From Xylographa opegraphella (lineage: Eukaryota), in NCBI GenBank assembly GCA_022813865.1, contig JALDZX010000095.1:1-46778 (forward strand): 46,778 nucleotides of DNA. Reading direction: 5' to 3'. Of this stretch, positions 1 through 10,715 are shown piece by piece; positions within the stretch are counted from its first letter, which is position 1, and every line of letters begins with the position of its first letter. Below the pieces are notes generated by a model. That model was given only the letters and a program-made list of their open reading frames with translations. It was not told the origin of the DNA and did no database searches. Both the position numbers and the translations under genes were made by a program.

Positions 1-58
1 GAGGCATCCGGATTATAGTTCCTCCAATCCCTGTTCCACACAGTACTGGTCAGAACCT
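1..58 (+). repeat. End of a short repeated element, copy 1 (truncated by the window edge)
   Basis: TGTTCCACACAGTACTGGTCAGAACCT at 32-58 is identical to 2211-2237; 1-31 aligns imperfectly with 2181-2210. Confidence 0.85.
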
Positions 59-261
59 TAACAAGTGAACAATAAAGTAACGAAAAAATAAAAAATTATT
101 TTAAACGATTTTCGAAAGCAAATAAACAAAATTATAAAATTAAAGAATTATAATACATTATAACCATAGTTTTAATCAAAGAATTCGTTTTATTTTCGAC
201 GTTAAACAAATTTAAAAACGACAATACATCGATTTTATAAAATATTTAAAAAAAATTATAA

Positions 262-447
262 TAGTTGAAATGAATGGGTGGAATCAGTATGGTGGAACCA
301 GTGCTTCATTGAACTATCGGTCAAGATGCGTAAGAAGGTTACTTTCTTCTTAAGGAAGAAAGCTCCCTTATATACGGCTACGCTAGTCTAGAAGCAGGTT
401 AGCGTCTATATTGCCTGCAGGCAATATAGAGGGCATTCTGCCAGACA
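262..447 (-). mobile_element. Putative solo LTR (about 186 bp)
   Basis: Balanced-GC island in the AT block. The minus strand begins TGTCTGG, has a TATATAAG box (plus 367-374) and ends TTTCAACTA, close to canonical ..TTCAACA. No TSD seen. Confidence 0.5.
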
Positions 448-2117
448 ACGCTATTTCCAACAATAATTAATAAAGTCGTGCGAATACGCCCGTTAAGGTG
501 AAAATATATTATATTAAATTTAGGCCGCCGCGTAATTTGTTTTAAATTTTTAAAGCGATATCTTTTCGAAATAACTAACAAAATTGATAAAAATTTTAAA
601 ATATAACGAATTTTATTGCTTTCGTATAAATATTTATATAAAATTAAAATTATTTTAAATAAAAATTTACTGTTAATCAGTAACTAAACGATTATAGAAA
701 ATAAAAAATAAAAAATATTAAATTGATTTAAAAACGAGATCTGTTTTTTCCATTACCTACGAAATAAATTAATATTTTAAAAAAATTTAAAAATTTATGA
801 TTATTATAAGTTTTTTGAATTCGAAATTAAAGAAATAATGCCCTTTAAAGCGCTATTTATAGTGATTTTACAGTAAATACGCCTCTTAAAATATATATAT
901 ATTTAAAATAAACGCCATTATTTATTTAAGTAAATCTTTTATTTATTAATAATAAAATCGAAACGGTTTTTACTACTTTTTTATTAATAATAGCGTTATT
1001 ATTAACCTTTGCAAACTGCTTAATAACTTACGAAATTAAAGCTCTTAATAATGGCGTTAAACTATCGCGGCGAAAATTTTTTTAACAATACGTCGCGCGA
1101 TTATTTTTATACGAAAGGCGCGCAGCTTAAAAATACTCGGAATAATAATATTATTATTTATATAAATACGTATTAAAGCTCGAGTTTTACGTTAAAAATT
1201 AAAAAAAAAAATTATTACCGTAATTGTTATTTCAACGGCAGGGCCAGAAAGGGTATATAAAGAATTCACTTAATTATTAACTATTTAAATCTTTCAAATT
1301 TAAACTTATATACGATAAAAATACATACTCGTATAATATTTATATAAATAATTATCGTATATTTCGCCGTCGATTTCTATTCGCTGTAACTAATTACGAA
1401 AAATAAAATTTAAACTTTATACAATTACTATTTTTATATAATAAAAATAAAAAATTATTTAAAAACGTTCGTAGGCCTGCGTTTTATGAGTTAAAAGTAT
1501 TTAAAAAATTATGTAAACGAATAGCGCCTGCGTTTTCTAAAACAAAATAATATTAAAATCCCCAGTCCTTCATCGATTTTTAATAATAATAATATATAAA
1601 CCTCGAAATTAATATTGAATTAATATAAAACCTATTATTAAGCGAAAAACGAGCCAAAAATTAAATTATATTAATAAAAAATTATCGTAAAATTATTTTT
1701 ATTTTTAAAAAATTAATCAACATTAATAATTTTATCGTTAAAATAAATTATAAAATTAATTTGTACGACGTTAGTTAAGAAATATTATTAAAACGAAAAT
1801 ATTTATTAATTACGATAATCGTAATAAGGTCGAATATAATAATATAATAAAAAAAAGTTGATAATTATTCAAAATTTAATTATTACGATTCTGCATTTAA
1901 CTGATACAGCTTGATCAAGAATTTGAATTGAATTCGTCAATAAATTAATAAAAGGCAAAGTAGCAGATTTATTATTTTTATAAGAATAATAGTTTTCGTA
2001 CAAGATTATATTAAAGTTTTTTATTTTATAAATTAAATTATAATATAAGTTAAACACGCTTTTTACAACAAAGGAATTCTTTACTTTATATAAAAATTCT
2101 GTTTTGTAATGTTTTTT

Positions 2118-2237
2118 ATGCCTCCGCCGAAAACAACCGAGGCTAAGGTCATGCCTTCCATGCCTCCGCCGGAGGCAGAGAAGGCACCCGGAATAAGGCT
2201 CTTCCGTCCTTGTTCCACACAGTACTGGTCAGAACCT
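2118..2237 (+). repeat. Short GC-rich repeated element, copy 2 (MITE/transposon end-like)
   Basis: Shares 27 identical terminal nt with 32-58. TGCCTCCGCC occurs twice (2119, 2161) and TGCCTCC-GCC-GGAGGCA at 2161-2177 forms a hairpin. Confidence 0.7.
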
Positions 2238-2367
2238 AATCATTAATATTTTAATACGCTTAAACGGGCTTTATTTATACGTACGAAAGTCATAATAAAA
2301 ATTTATAAATTATAAAAAATTTATTAGTTTATCGAACTACGATTTTATTTGTTATTACGCTTCGTTT

Positions 2368-2480
2368 AAGAAGGGGAGGATGTAGGAATTAGGTTTATAT
2401 AAGAGATTACGTAGTCAGATTAGCGGCCCCTATATAACGTAGCTTCGTAGTGGAGTGGGAACTCAGCTAGAAATATTACA
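2368..2480 (+). mobile_element. Polypurine tract plus short 3' LTR of an LTR retrotransposon relic
   Basis: Purine run AAGAAGGGGAGGA (2368-2380) directly precedes TGTAGG (2381). The segment contains TATATAA (2431-2437) and ends ATTACA at 2480, giving TGTA...TACA termini. Confidence 0.6.
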
Positions 2481-2674
2481 TGTTTTCGTTTTGTGTTCTA
2501 CGCTCAATTTATCCTCGAAGACTCTAGCTTGAAAGTCGAAAAAGTGCCATCGTTTATATTATGTATATCATGTATCACCTCCGGTGCAGCCCCAAACGTC
2601 CTTAGACCCAAGACGTCACCTTGATCATGATCAGAAGTCCAGCGATACGCGTAATGTCACTTATTTGAATGTCT

Positions 2675-3147
2675 TCAACATCCTCCTCGAACAGTCGGCG
2701 CTCTCTTGAAAGTTTCATCATGGGCTTGCTCCACTGTCAGTCGCCCAGCGCTGTAAGGTGCTGCTGAGGGAGTGGGAGGAGGTTGGTACCGTAGTGGGAC
2801 TTTCGCGGGGAGCGCTGGTAATTTGGCAAAGGGAACGCTGAGCTGGAGAGAGGGCTCATGGGCGAGGGTGTCAGACATATGTATCATTACGGCCATGGAG
2901 CGCGGGAGGGAAGCTCGAGATCGATGAAAAGGGGAATATTGCCGAGGAGGATGGTAGAGGAGGGGGATTCAGGAAAAGTCGGCCGGGATTGAGGGATACT
3001 GACCTCTGAGAGTCCGGGCTTTGGGTTGATAGGGGGAGTGGTGACCGAGGAGGATAACGACGACGAAAGTTGTTGATGGGAACGTATTGGGACCGTGAAT
3101 GATCCGGGTGAATTAGTAATGAAGGTAGCCATTGAGTAACGCTGCAT
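2675..3147 (-). CDS. Possible small Ser/Pro-rich orphan gene or pseudogene
   Basis: ATG at 3147 opens MQRYSMATF...; an intron-like stretch GTAATG...CTGAC...CTCCAG lies at 2890-2843. No family recognised and the 3' end is uncertain. Confidence 0.25.
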
Positions 3148-3648
3148 AGTTTCACTTTTCTCGGTGATTGTTAGCTCATAAGCACCAGATTCTACTACTT
3201 GTAAAGTATGGATCAGATAAAATATAATATTAAGCTTTGAAGAAACACTAAGTCTATTACAGCGTGTTCAACAGATAATGGGAAGCTGTGAAATAGCCTT
3301 CTTAAACTGTGGACAGGGCGATATTCTTTTCATATTAGGTATCACATATATGCTAGCTGCGTAGAGAACCTCTAGAAGAGCTGATTAAGGTGGTGTAATA
3401 ACTCTGGGCCTGCTTGACAGAGACCTTGATATTGACGACCACAATATTATAGCGAGAATGAGAGAAAAGTAGACTTTGTTCGAGGAAAACAAAATACTCT
3501 ATTATCACTATGGCATGCAGGCCCCAGGGGCTTCCGTGCCATGATGCGTTGTAGCGCTTCGCCAACTATCAAAAGATCTCTTCCTGGATCCGGGTCGGAC
3601 TGCCTGGTAAAGCTACAGTATTTTGGTGAGGGCGTTCGAAAGTTTGCG

Positions 3649-5080
3649 TCATGACAGGAAGCGCCGCATAGCTGGTGGTGGAAGCGTTGGTGTACCGAGT
3701 TTGGCCCACTTATCATCCTTCTCCGGAAGGGCAGGTGGAAGGCCATCATCATCGGCCCATTCAACATCCCTTTTCACGGGAGATTTTCTGGGAACCGCAT
3801 CTGACATCTCAGGCTCCTCGAATGGACTTAGCGGCCAGTTCTTCTCCCTCCTGAATTGGCTGCCTAACGTGAGCCGTTCAGGGGAGCCGTTCACAGACGT
3901 GACTATGCTCCCGGATCGGGGATGATGGGCTGGTGAATCGGTCGACCGTATCATACCTTGACTCTCCCCAATGAAACTTTGTTTCTTGCTACCTGTCCAC
4001 GTAATAGGAAAAGAATATGAGCCGATCTTACGATCCAGGAGGAGCTTGATTAGGCACCAGGTGGATGGGAGACATGCACAGCAGACAAAAATGTGCATCT
4101 CCACGGTTGACCAGAGAGCTGGATCGCTCAAACCCCCTACACCGTCAGTACCAATATACATCATCTCAGGTGACAAGGCGACATACAAGTAAAGTCAAGA
4201 TTATCCTGGATCTGGATAAGTCGGACCAGTCGAATGATGGAGCAAATGGTAACGAACCCTCCTAGCAAAAACACTGCAGATAGACCCCATTTCTGTGACC
4301 TTGTAACCTTGAGCTTCCAAACTACAGGTAATGGCAGGATGAGTAGTATAATATCCGTAATGATCGAGGGAATTGCTTGAGCGAAGTAGAACTTGAGACT
4401 ACAATGCGACTAAGCTTAGCATATGACATGGAGCGATAGTATAGAGCATACGGATCTATACAAGTACTTGGTATCTCTAAATCCCAGAAGCCTTGGATCG
4501 GATGGCACGAGAAAATGGCCGTGAAGAGCTTTCGTAGCAATTGTCAGCGCACAGAAGACCTGCACATTCCACAATGGACGTACTGATGCCACGGTAGTGA
4601 TTGTGACAATTGCGGCCGTGATTGACAGCGGAAGTTTAAAAGTCGGAACGTGGAAGACGCGAAACAGGAACGCCAGAATGGAGAATTTGATGAATGCTAG
4701 GCCGATGCTGTAACAAATGGCGAAAATATAAAGTGCAAGCAGGAAGCTTCGGACATTTCCAAGGTCGGCAAGCTTTAGATGTGTGCCCAGGTTGTTGTGC
4801 AAAACACCATATATAGTGTTGGCCGCAGTCGCCCAAGTAAACGGCTACGATGATATATCAGAACGAATCTTCTCCGGAGGGTTCAGGATATAGGTACCAG
4901 TGCTGCAACCAGAAGAAAGTCATCTGCCAGGATTGGTGTCCTGGAAACCCAGCGAGCCACGAATCGGAGGAACACTGCAATACAGGACAAAGCAACCATC
5001 GCAGCGGAGACATTGACCAAGAGAGGGCCTTTGTCCGCGTCAGGATCATCGATTGGTCCATCGAGGCCGTCAAACAACAT
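3649..5080 (-). CDS. PTH11-like integral membrane protein (fungal rhodopsin domain, no CFEM)
   Basis: The spliced product shows typical motifs: AVFLRFVAR...ILADDFLLVAA, FIKFSILAFLFRVF, IFSCHPIQGFWD, IITDILLILPLPVVWKL, SIIRL, WSTVEMHIFVCCACLPS. About 4 GT-AG introns; ATG at 5080, TGA at 3651-3649. Confidence 0.9.
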
Positions 5081-5429
5081 GATGGTCGACACAACAGACG
5101 AGAGTTCGAGGGCACTCCGCCAGGCAGTTGGACATTATGTGTACTAAATGCGGCCGGACTGATCCAAGGCTATCGCGGAGAAAGCATGGCTTGACAACCG
5201 AGCGCGCTCCATTATGCAGATCAAGCAGATGTGACGGATGTTAGCATCGTCTGAGAGCCACGCTACGGAATATGCGCAAGTGCTGACGCGAGAAATCCCA
5301 TGCTTCCTTCACCACGGCACAGCGATTACGAACCGGCACTAGCAGTGTGCCTGAAGGAAGGAACGACATGATGTTCTGTTGAACGACTAATACGGAGTGT
5401 GTGTTCCATTTCCGGCCTGGGTTGGACGT

Positions 5430-5487
5430 TGGAGGTTGCTGCGTGGAGGTTGTCGAGTGGAACGTTGTCGCATGGAGGTTGACTGCG
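5430..5487 (+). repeat. Degenerate tandem repeat, 4 units of 14-15 bp (TGGAGGTTG core)
   Basis: Units: tggaggttgctgcg / tggaggttgtcgag / tggaacgttgtcgca / tggaggttgactgcg. Confidence 0.7.
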
Positions 5488-7787
5488 GCTCAGCCCTAGT
5501 CCTACCCTAGGACGATTTTGGACTTAGGCAGTTGGTCCGGCCTGTCATCGGCTTTCGTGCTTAAATATGGCGCCTTTTACGGAGTATCTATCTGAGTATC
5601 TCGGGTTTCTACATACCGGCAGAAGCAAGGAGGAAAGGAGGAAGGAGGAGGAGGAGAAACGATCGTCGATGACCTGCTGCATCGCCAGCGACACGGTTCT
5701 CGAGCAAGCTCCCCAAACTGCAGAGATACGGAAGCCTGACGATCATGTGCTGCACTCTCAGCCCATAACTGGTTGGCTCGATTGGCACAGCCTCCACAGA
5801 GAGGTCGTACTGTACAATCCACAAAGGAATGGATCATCATTGCAGCAAGCATCTCAACAGCACAATGGACGCACACTTCCTCATTCCAGAGTACCTTTGC
5901 CGCGCGCTCGCTTGCTGATACAGCATTCGTCGGGCGTGCGGCAGCAATTCGTCATGTACTACGTATATCCCTGCGAAGCACGTCTGATTGTTAGCCTGTG
6001 CTTGATAGTAGTCGCAATGAATATGCTGCTATGATGAAGGAATGCCGCGATTGCAGGGATCCGAGAGGTCGGTAGGAACGTGTACGCGGACAGTGCAATC
6101 CCAGTGTGTTAGGGGAATAAAAAACTACCTTCGAAACGTACGGCATGGATATATCTCAATATGCTTTCAATTCCCTTCTTTTGCCTTAATTGTTGGAGTA
6201 AGCGGAAGAAACTTATCGGCGAATGCGGCCTAACGCTGAACTTTGCTGAACAGGTTGCAAAGTTGAGAACTGCGTTTGAGAAGTTGAGATCGGTGGACGA
6301 CGGATTGATCATCAGTACTTCTGTACTTTGTAGCGTGCGGCTTTCTCCGCTTTTAATTATTTAAGCATTCGCACTCCTAGGACCAGCCTCTCGGAGCGAA
6401 TGCGGAATTGTTGTTGTGAATTCAGATTACGGGATTGGGGAATCGTTCCAGAATAACGAAAACCCCGAGAGCGACCGGGATAAGGGAAATACTGTCATTG
6501 GCTATACCGGTGTTGCCTTTTCTCACTAGCCCAGACTTTGTGTCAGGTGGGTCCACGGCTTCTGATGTACATACGATGCTACCGAGCTGTGAAGATGTTG
6601 GAGAAGATAATCGCCACCAGTACTAAGCCATACTGATATCAATCTGATTGTTTAACGACCGGCTTTTTACCCCCACCTGAATGACTGTATGATACATCAT
6701 CTTCAGGTTCTTTCCAGAGACACCAACTCCACCAGTTTCAAATTCGATCCGATGACCTTGACGACGGAAAGCTCCAGTGAGCCTCTCGGAATTCGACTAC
6801 GCCAACACAAGGCTCCGCTGACGCTCAACCCGGGCCTTGCCTCTCCCTTGCATACGCAACCATAACCCTCACCTTGCCTTGTCCTTCCAGACGACGCAGA
6901 CCTGATTGCAGTTCCTGGCTCAATTCCGCTACCACGTCTTATTTTCCATCAGCCTACAAACAAGTAAGGCAACGAAGCCTTTCGCGTATCGAACGTACTT
7001 TCTCGAATACGATTCCACCAATGGAGAGAATTCAGTGTATCGGACACAATGGGGTGAAGCATGTGGTAAAGGCAGGGGGGTTTTATGGTGCAGCAGAGGA
7101 CGACGTGTGTGGATGGCTGATCAGAAAGTCTTACTAAAGAAGCGAGGACTGTGCGGGTTGCGCAGAGGGAGGCATCAGCGACAGGTAAGGCACGGAAGCC
7201 GAATGCTAGGCGGGAAGATGTTGGAGCTTGGTTGACAGGATTTGCCTGGAGAAGGCGTAATTCGCGATTACGGACGATTAAACCGGATTTACAAATAGTC
7301 GATCCTGTATGTAACATTAACTGGTGTCATGTGAAGATATCGTCCTGTCAATTCCTCGAGGCATCGTGAATGCGCTCATCAGTCTTGTCGTCTGGGTTCC
7401 AAAACCTCTCGCCCTGTTGCTGTGATTCAACCTTATCATATTAGCCTGTCGAGTGAGCATCACCCTCGTGCTTTCATTCTCATCCTCAACGACCCCATCC
7501 TCATACCTTCCTTTATTATCCAGCCTATCATCAATTCCACTCTGTCCTGTTTCTAGTGAAGTCCTTGAACAACATCCTTGAATTGCTCTTCCTCTTATTC
7601 AATTTTTTTTTAGATCATGTAGCGACGCTGTACGATAAAATTACGATTTGAGGCATGGGTTCAGCTGATGGTCCAGCACCGTTAGGTGTCACTATGGGAC
7701 GGCGCAGTAGCTTTATATACAGGAATCCATATCCTCCCATGCTGTCCTTGTATCCATCGGTCGACTTCCATAGTAGCCAAGTGGAGT

Positions 7788-8613
7788 CTAAGCCCAATGA
7801 TAATGAGCTTCAGAGGAGCTCTCGCCGAAAGATGGCTCGGGTTCCGCATCCGCATAGGCACTGGCATATGCCTCGGCGTAGGCATCCGCATAGGCCTCTG
7901 CCAACGCTTCGGCTTCAGCCTTGGGAGCAGCATCACGGGTATACAGCTCGCTCTCGTCAAAGTCTAGGAACTCTGGCTCGGCGTGTCGCGCATACAGATC
8001 TCGGAGATGCATTTTGTGAAAGGTGGCTTCTGCCTCGTGTGCAACACTATGGGCTGTGTGTCCAATTTTGGCGGCGACAGCGTCTACTTGCTTATTTTCA
8101 GCAAGATGATTGTATCCTGGCGGCCATATTAGCACACCATACGCTTACGGATGGAGGATTTATCGCGTCCACAGAACCTACCATCCGCGAGAACGTGGCC
8201 CAGGACAGGACCCGCTACCTTCCCGGCTGCGCCAGGTATGAATACCGCAGCTCCTGCAATGGCAGCCGCACTAATAGCTGGGTCTATAACGGTTAGGCTT
8301 ATTTGAAGTAGGTTAATGCTGCTGTTAACATACCCATCACATCATTCTGAACTTCTGTAGAGGTGAGAGCCCGTGGGATATTGAGCGTGCGCGTAGGGTA
8401 CAAGTCTCGGAGAGCTAATTCGCGCTCAAACATTCTGCGGTCCATCAGTTCTTGCTCGTAGAGACCGCGTTCGATCAGTTTCCGGGCGACAACGTCACGC
8501 CTTTGCAGTTCTCGCTCAAACAGATTCCTGTCCCTTTGGTTGGGATCAGCGTAGGCCGCTACAGCCGCAGCTACAGAGAGGACAGAAATGAGGAGTGTAC
8601 AAAAAGAAGGCAT
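7788..8613 (-). CDS. Secreted 236-aa precursor with LxxR (Kex2-type) motifs and X-Ala/X-Pro dipeptide repeats
   Basis: Exons 8613-8334, 8283-8182 and 8116-7788 join in frame through introns GTATGT..CTAAC..TAG and GTAGGT..CTAAT..CAG. N-terminal signal peptide MPSFCTLLISVLSVAAAVAAYA. Confidence 0.85.
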
Positions 8614-9815
8614 GGCTGTATTGGAGAAGGGGGAAGAGTTCTATGACTGATGTCAAGATTGTGATACCGAAATAAGGAAATATATTGACTAGTCAAATGG
8701 CAGGAGTACTTGAAGTTAGAATAGCGATAGAAAGATAACAGGAATTATACAAAAGTGAAAACCTCAGTCCTGCTGAAGGGCGGTATAGATATCTGATGCT
8801 TTCGAACTCCCAGAAACTGGAGCGCTTGGTAGTCTTTATGTTCACTGTCAATACGTTCTAGAGCTCCGCAAAGTCCAACAATTGCTTCCCCAGTGGTTCG
8901 TTTCAAAGCAACGAAGTACTATTCCACACATGGAAGTCTCAGTACATCGATACTACCATTACTGAGTGACCTAGGATACAAGGATGGATGCAGAATATGG
9001 CCGACGTTGGTAATCCTGCGGGTGCAAGGGTTGTGTGTTGCAACATCGCCTTTCAGTGCCTCCCATCTAAACTCGCCGCGAGTTTGCTCCCATGGTGGGT
9101 AACATTGCAACCCGACAGCCACTTGTTGTGCTTGTGGAAAATTGAATGAGGTTCAAGTCGTGGAGACCGAAGGGCAGTCGAACGCTCGTCTGGTGGGGAA
9201 ACTCCATGCCCGACCCTCCGAGTCAGCACTTAAATAGCTGTTTCGACTATTCTTCAAATTCTACGATCTGATACAGGTCGCATGTGAGAGAAAGCCTACC
9301 ATTACTCTGCTTCAACTCAAGGCCGTACGACAGGGTACAAGGAACACAATCGGTCGAATCGGATAGTTCTTTTGTATTGATCTAGATCGCCTGCGGTAGG
9401 ACTTAACCACCTTGCAAAACTCGCGCCCGTTCAACCATGGAGACGCTACGAACAGTAGGTTAATCAGCTAGGTAGAGAGAGCACATTTGCCGTTCACTGC
9501 GAGAAACCTCCCAGGCTTGAGTTCAATTACGGTCATTAGCTATTGTCTAAACCTATCAGGTGTAATGTAATCGTGTCATATCAAGGTCTGGATCCGGAGA
9601 AATTTCTCATCCTTACACATGCATTACTTGTGTTGTCAGCAAAGAGTAATAGTGTCCAGAATGATACAGTGAAAGCACTCGTTGCACTGCATCCATGCCG
9701 ATGAGGAGACTAACTTCAAGCTCAACCTTGGACCGAGGCGAAAGCAGAATTCAACTAAAAAGTAAATCATACCCCTTAGGTAGCGATGAATAGTGATTCC
9801 TTCGGAGTATTGACC

Positions 9816-10715
9816 TCATCGAAGATAATGTATCACCAACCAGCAAAAAACGAAAAATACTATACACCCGGCCCAGAAGATCCACTTGTCTTGCTTTGCT
9901 CTTCTCTCTACCATACGGATTGTGTCCCCGCTAACACCAAGTGTATTGGCAACGGTATAGAGCCTCTTCTGAGTCCCCTTTAGGATATCTTTTTGTTGGC
10001 CAAGGTCTCCCAATACAGCCCGGCCACGTTCAAGGTACTCATCCAATTGAGCATTCGATTGAGCGAAAAAGCTTTGTTCTCTTAATGCATATGATTCACG
10101 AGACACATTTTGGGCCGTGGGAGTTGCTCCAAAGGACATAGACGTTGCAGAACCAGGCGCAGGAGCGAATGAGGAGCTGGTCAGATTGCTGGCAGCATAA
10201 GGATTCTCAGGAGTGCTGGTATGATGAGGACGGCGACCCAGTAGCTCGTTTCGATTGAGGTTCGTCTGCTATTTTCCCGAACAATGGTCAAAAAGGGAGC
10301 AGGTAGAAGCACAACAGCACTTACCGTTTCCCCGCGCTCTTTTTTCAGATTCTCAAACCGTTGTCTGTAATCTAAAATCTCGGCACGGAAGTTCTGGATG
10401 CGCTCCCGAGCCTTGTCTTGCTTGGCAGGATTCAGCTCTTTCTTAGCTGTCTCTGAGTAGTCGTCTATGGTTCGGGAGAAAGAGGTTAAGGTAGCGGATA
10501 TTTGGCCTATTCATGTTATCCTTTGATTAGGAATAAACATACAGTTTGAGTAGGAAGTTACCTTGTAGTGCCGGTGATAACGTCGTCTGAGAAGCGGCGA
10601 AGGTGTCCAAGTCGTTTCGAAGCTGTGCCTGCTGTTTCAATGCAGAATTGAACAGGGAATTCTATAGGTCAAAGTCAATGAGAGGTCGTGAACGGACGGC
10701 TCAAACACCCACCAT
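9816..10715 (-). CDS. BOS1: ER-Golgi Qb-SNARE Bos1/membrin (GOSR2 family)
   Basis: M|NSLFNSALKQQ...G|QISATLTSFSRTIDDY...ELLGRRPHHTSTPENPYA...LDEYLERGRAVLGDLGQQKDILKGTQKRLYTVANTLGVSGDTIRMVERRAKQDKWIF followed by a C-terminal TM; 3 introns. Confidence 0.93.

Larger units (their letters stand above)
1..2380. mobile_element. AT-rich block of RIP-degenerated, nested transposon relics
   Basis: Very AT-rich sequence, TpA-rich and CpA/TpG-poor, with no credible ORFs. It contains LTR-like and repeated GC islands and changes sharply to balanced composition at about 2480. Confidence 0.85.

Noticed and set aside
399..2057. Short ORFs in the AT-rich block (399-581, 1869-2057)
   Set aside because: Ile/Asn/Lys/Tyr-biased frames typical of RIP-eroded DNA; no recognisable motifs.
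5567..7369. Several overlapping 60-155 aa ORFs
   Set aside because: No family motif or consistent splice structure found; a decayed gene cannot be excluded.
7788..7825. Extra GC-AG intron extending the precursor C-terminus
   Set aside because: It would be under 40 nt with a poor donor and no clear branch point.
7655..8296. 213-aa plus-strand ORF with His/Arg/Pro repeats
   Set aside because: Antisense shadow of the dipeptide-repeat precursor gene.
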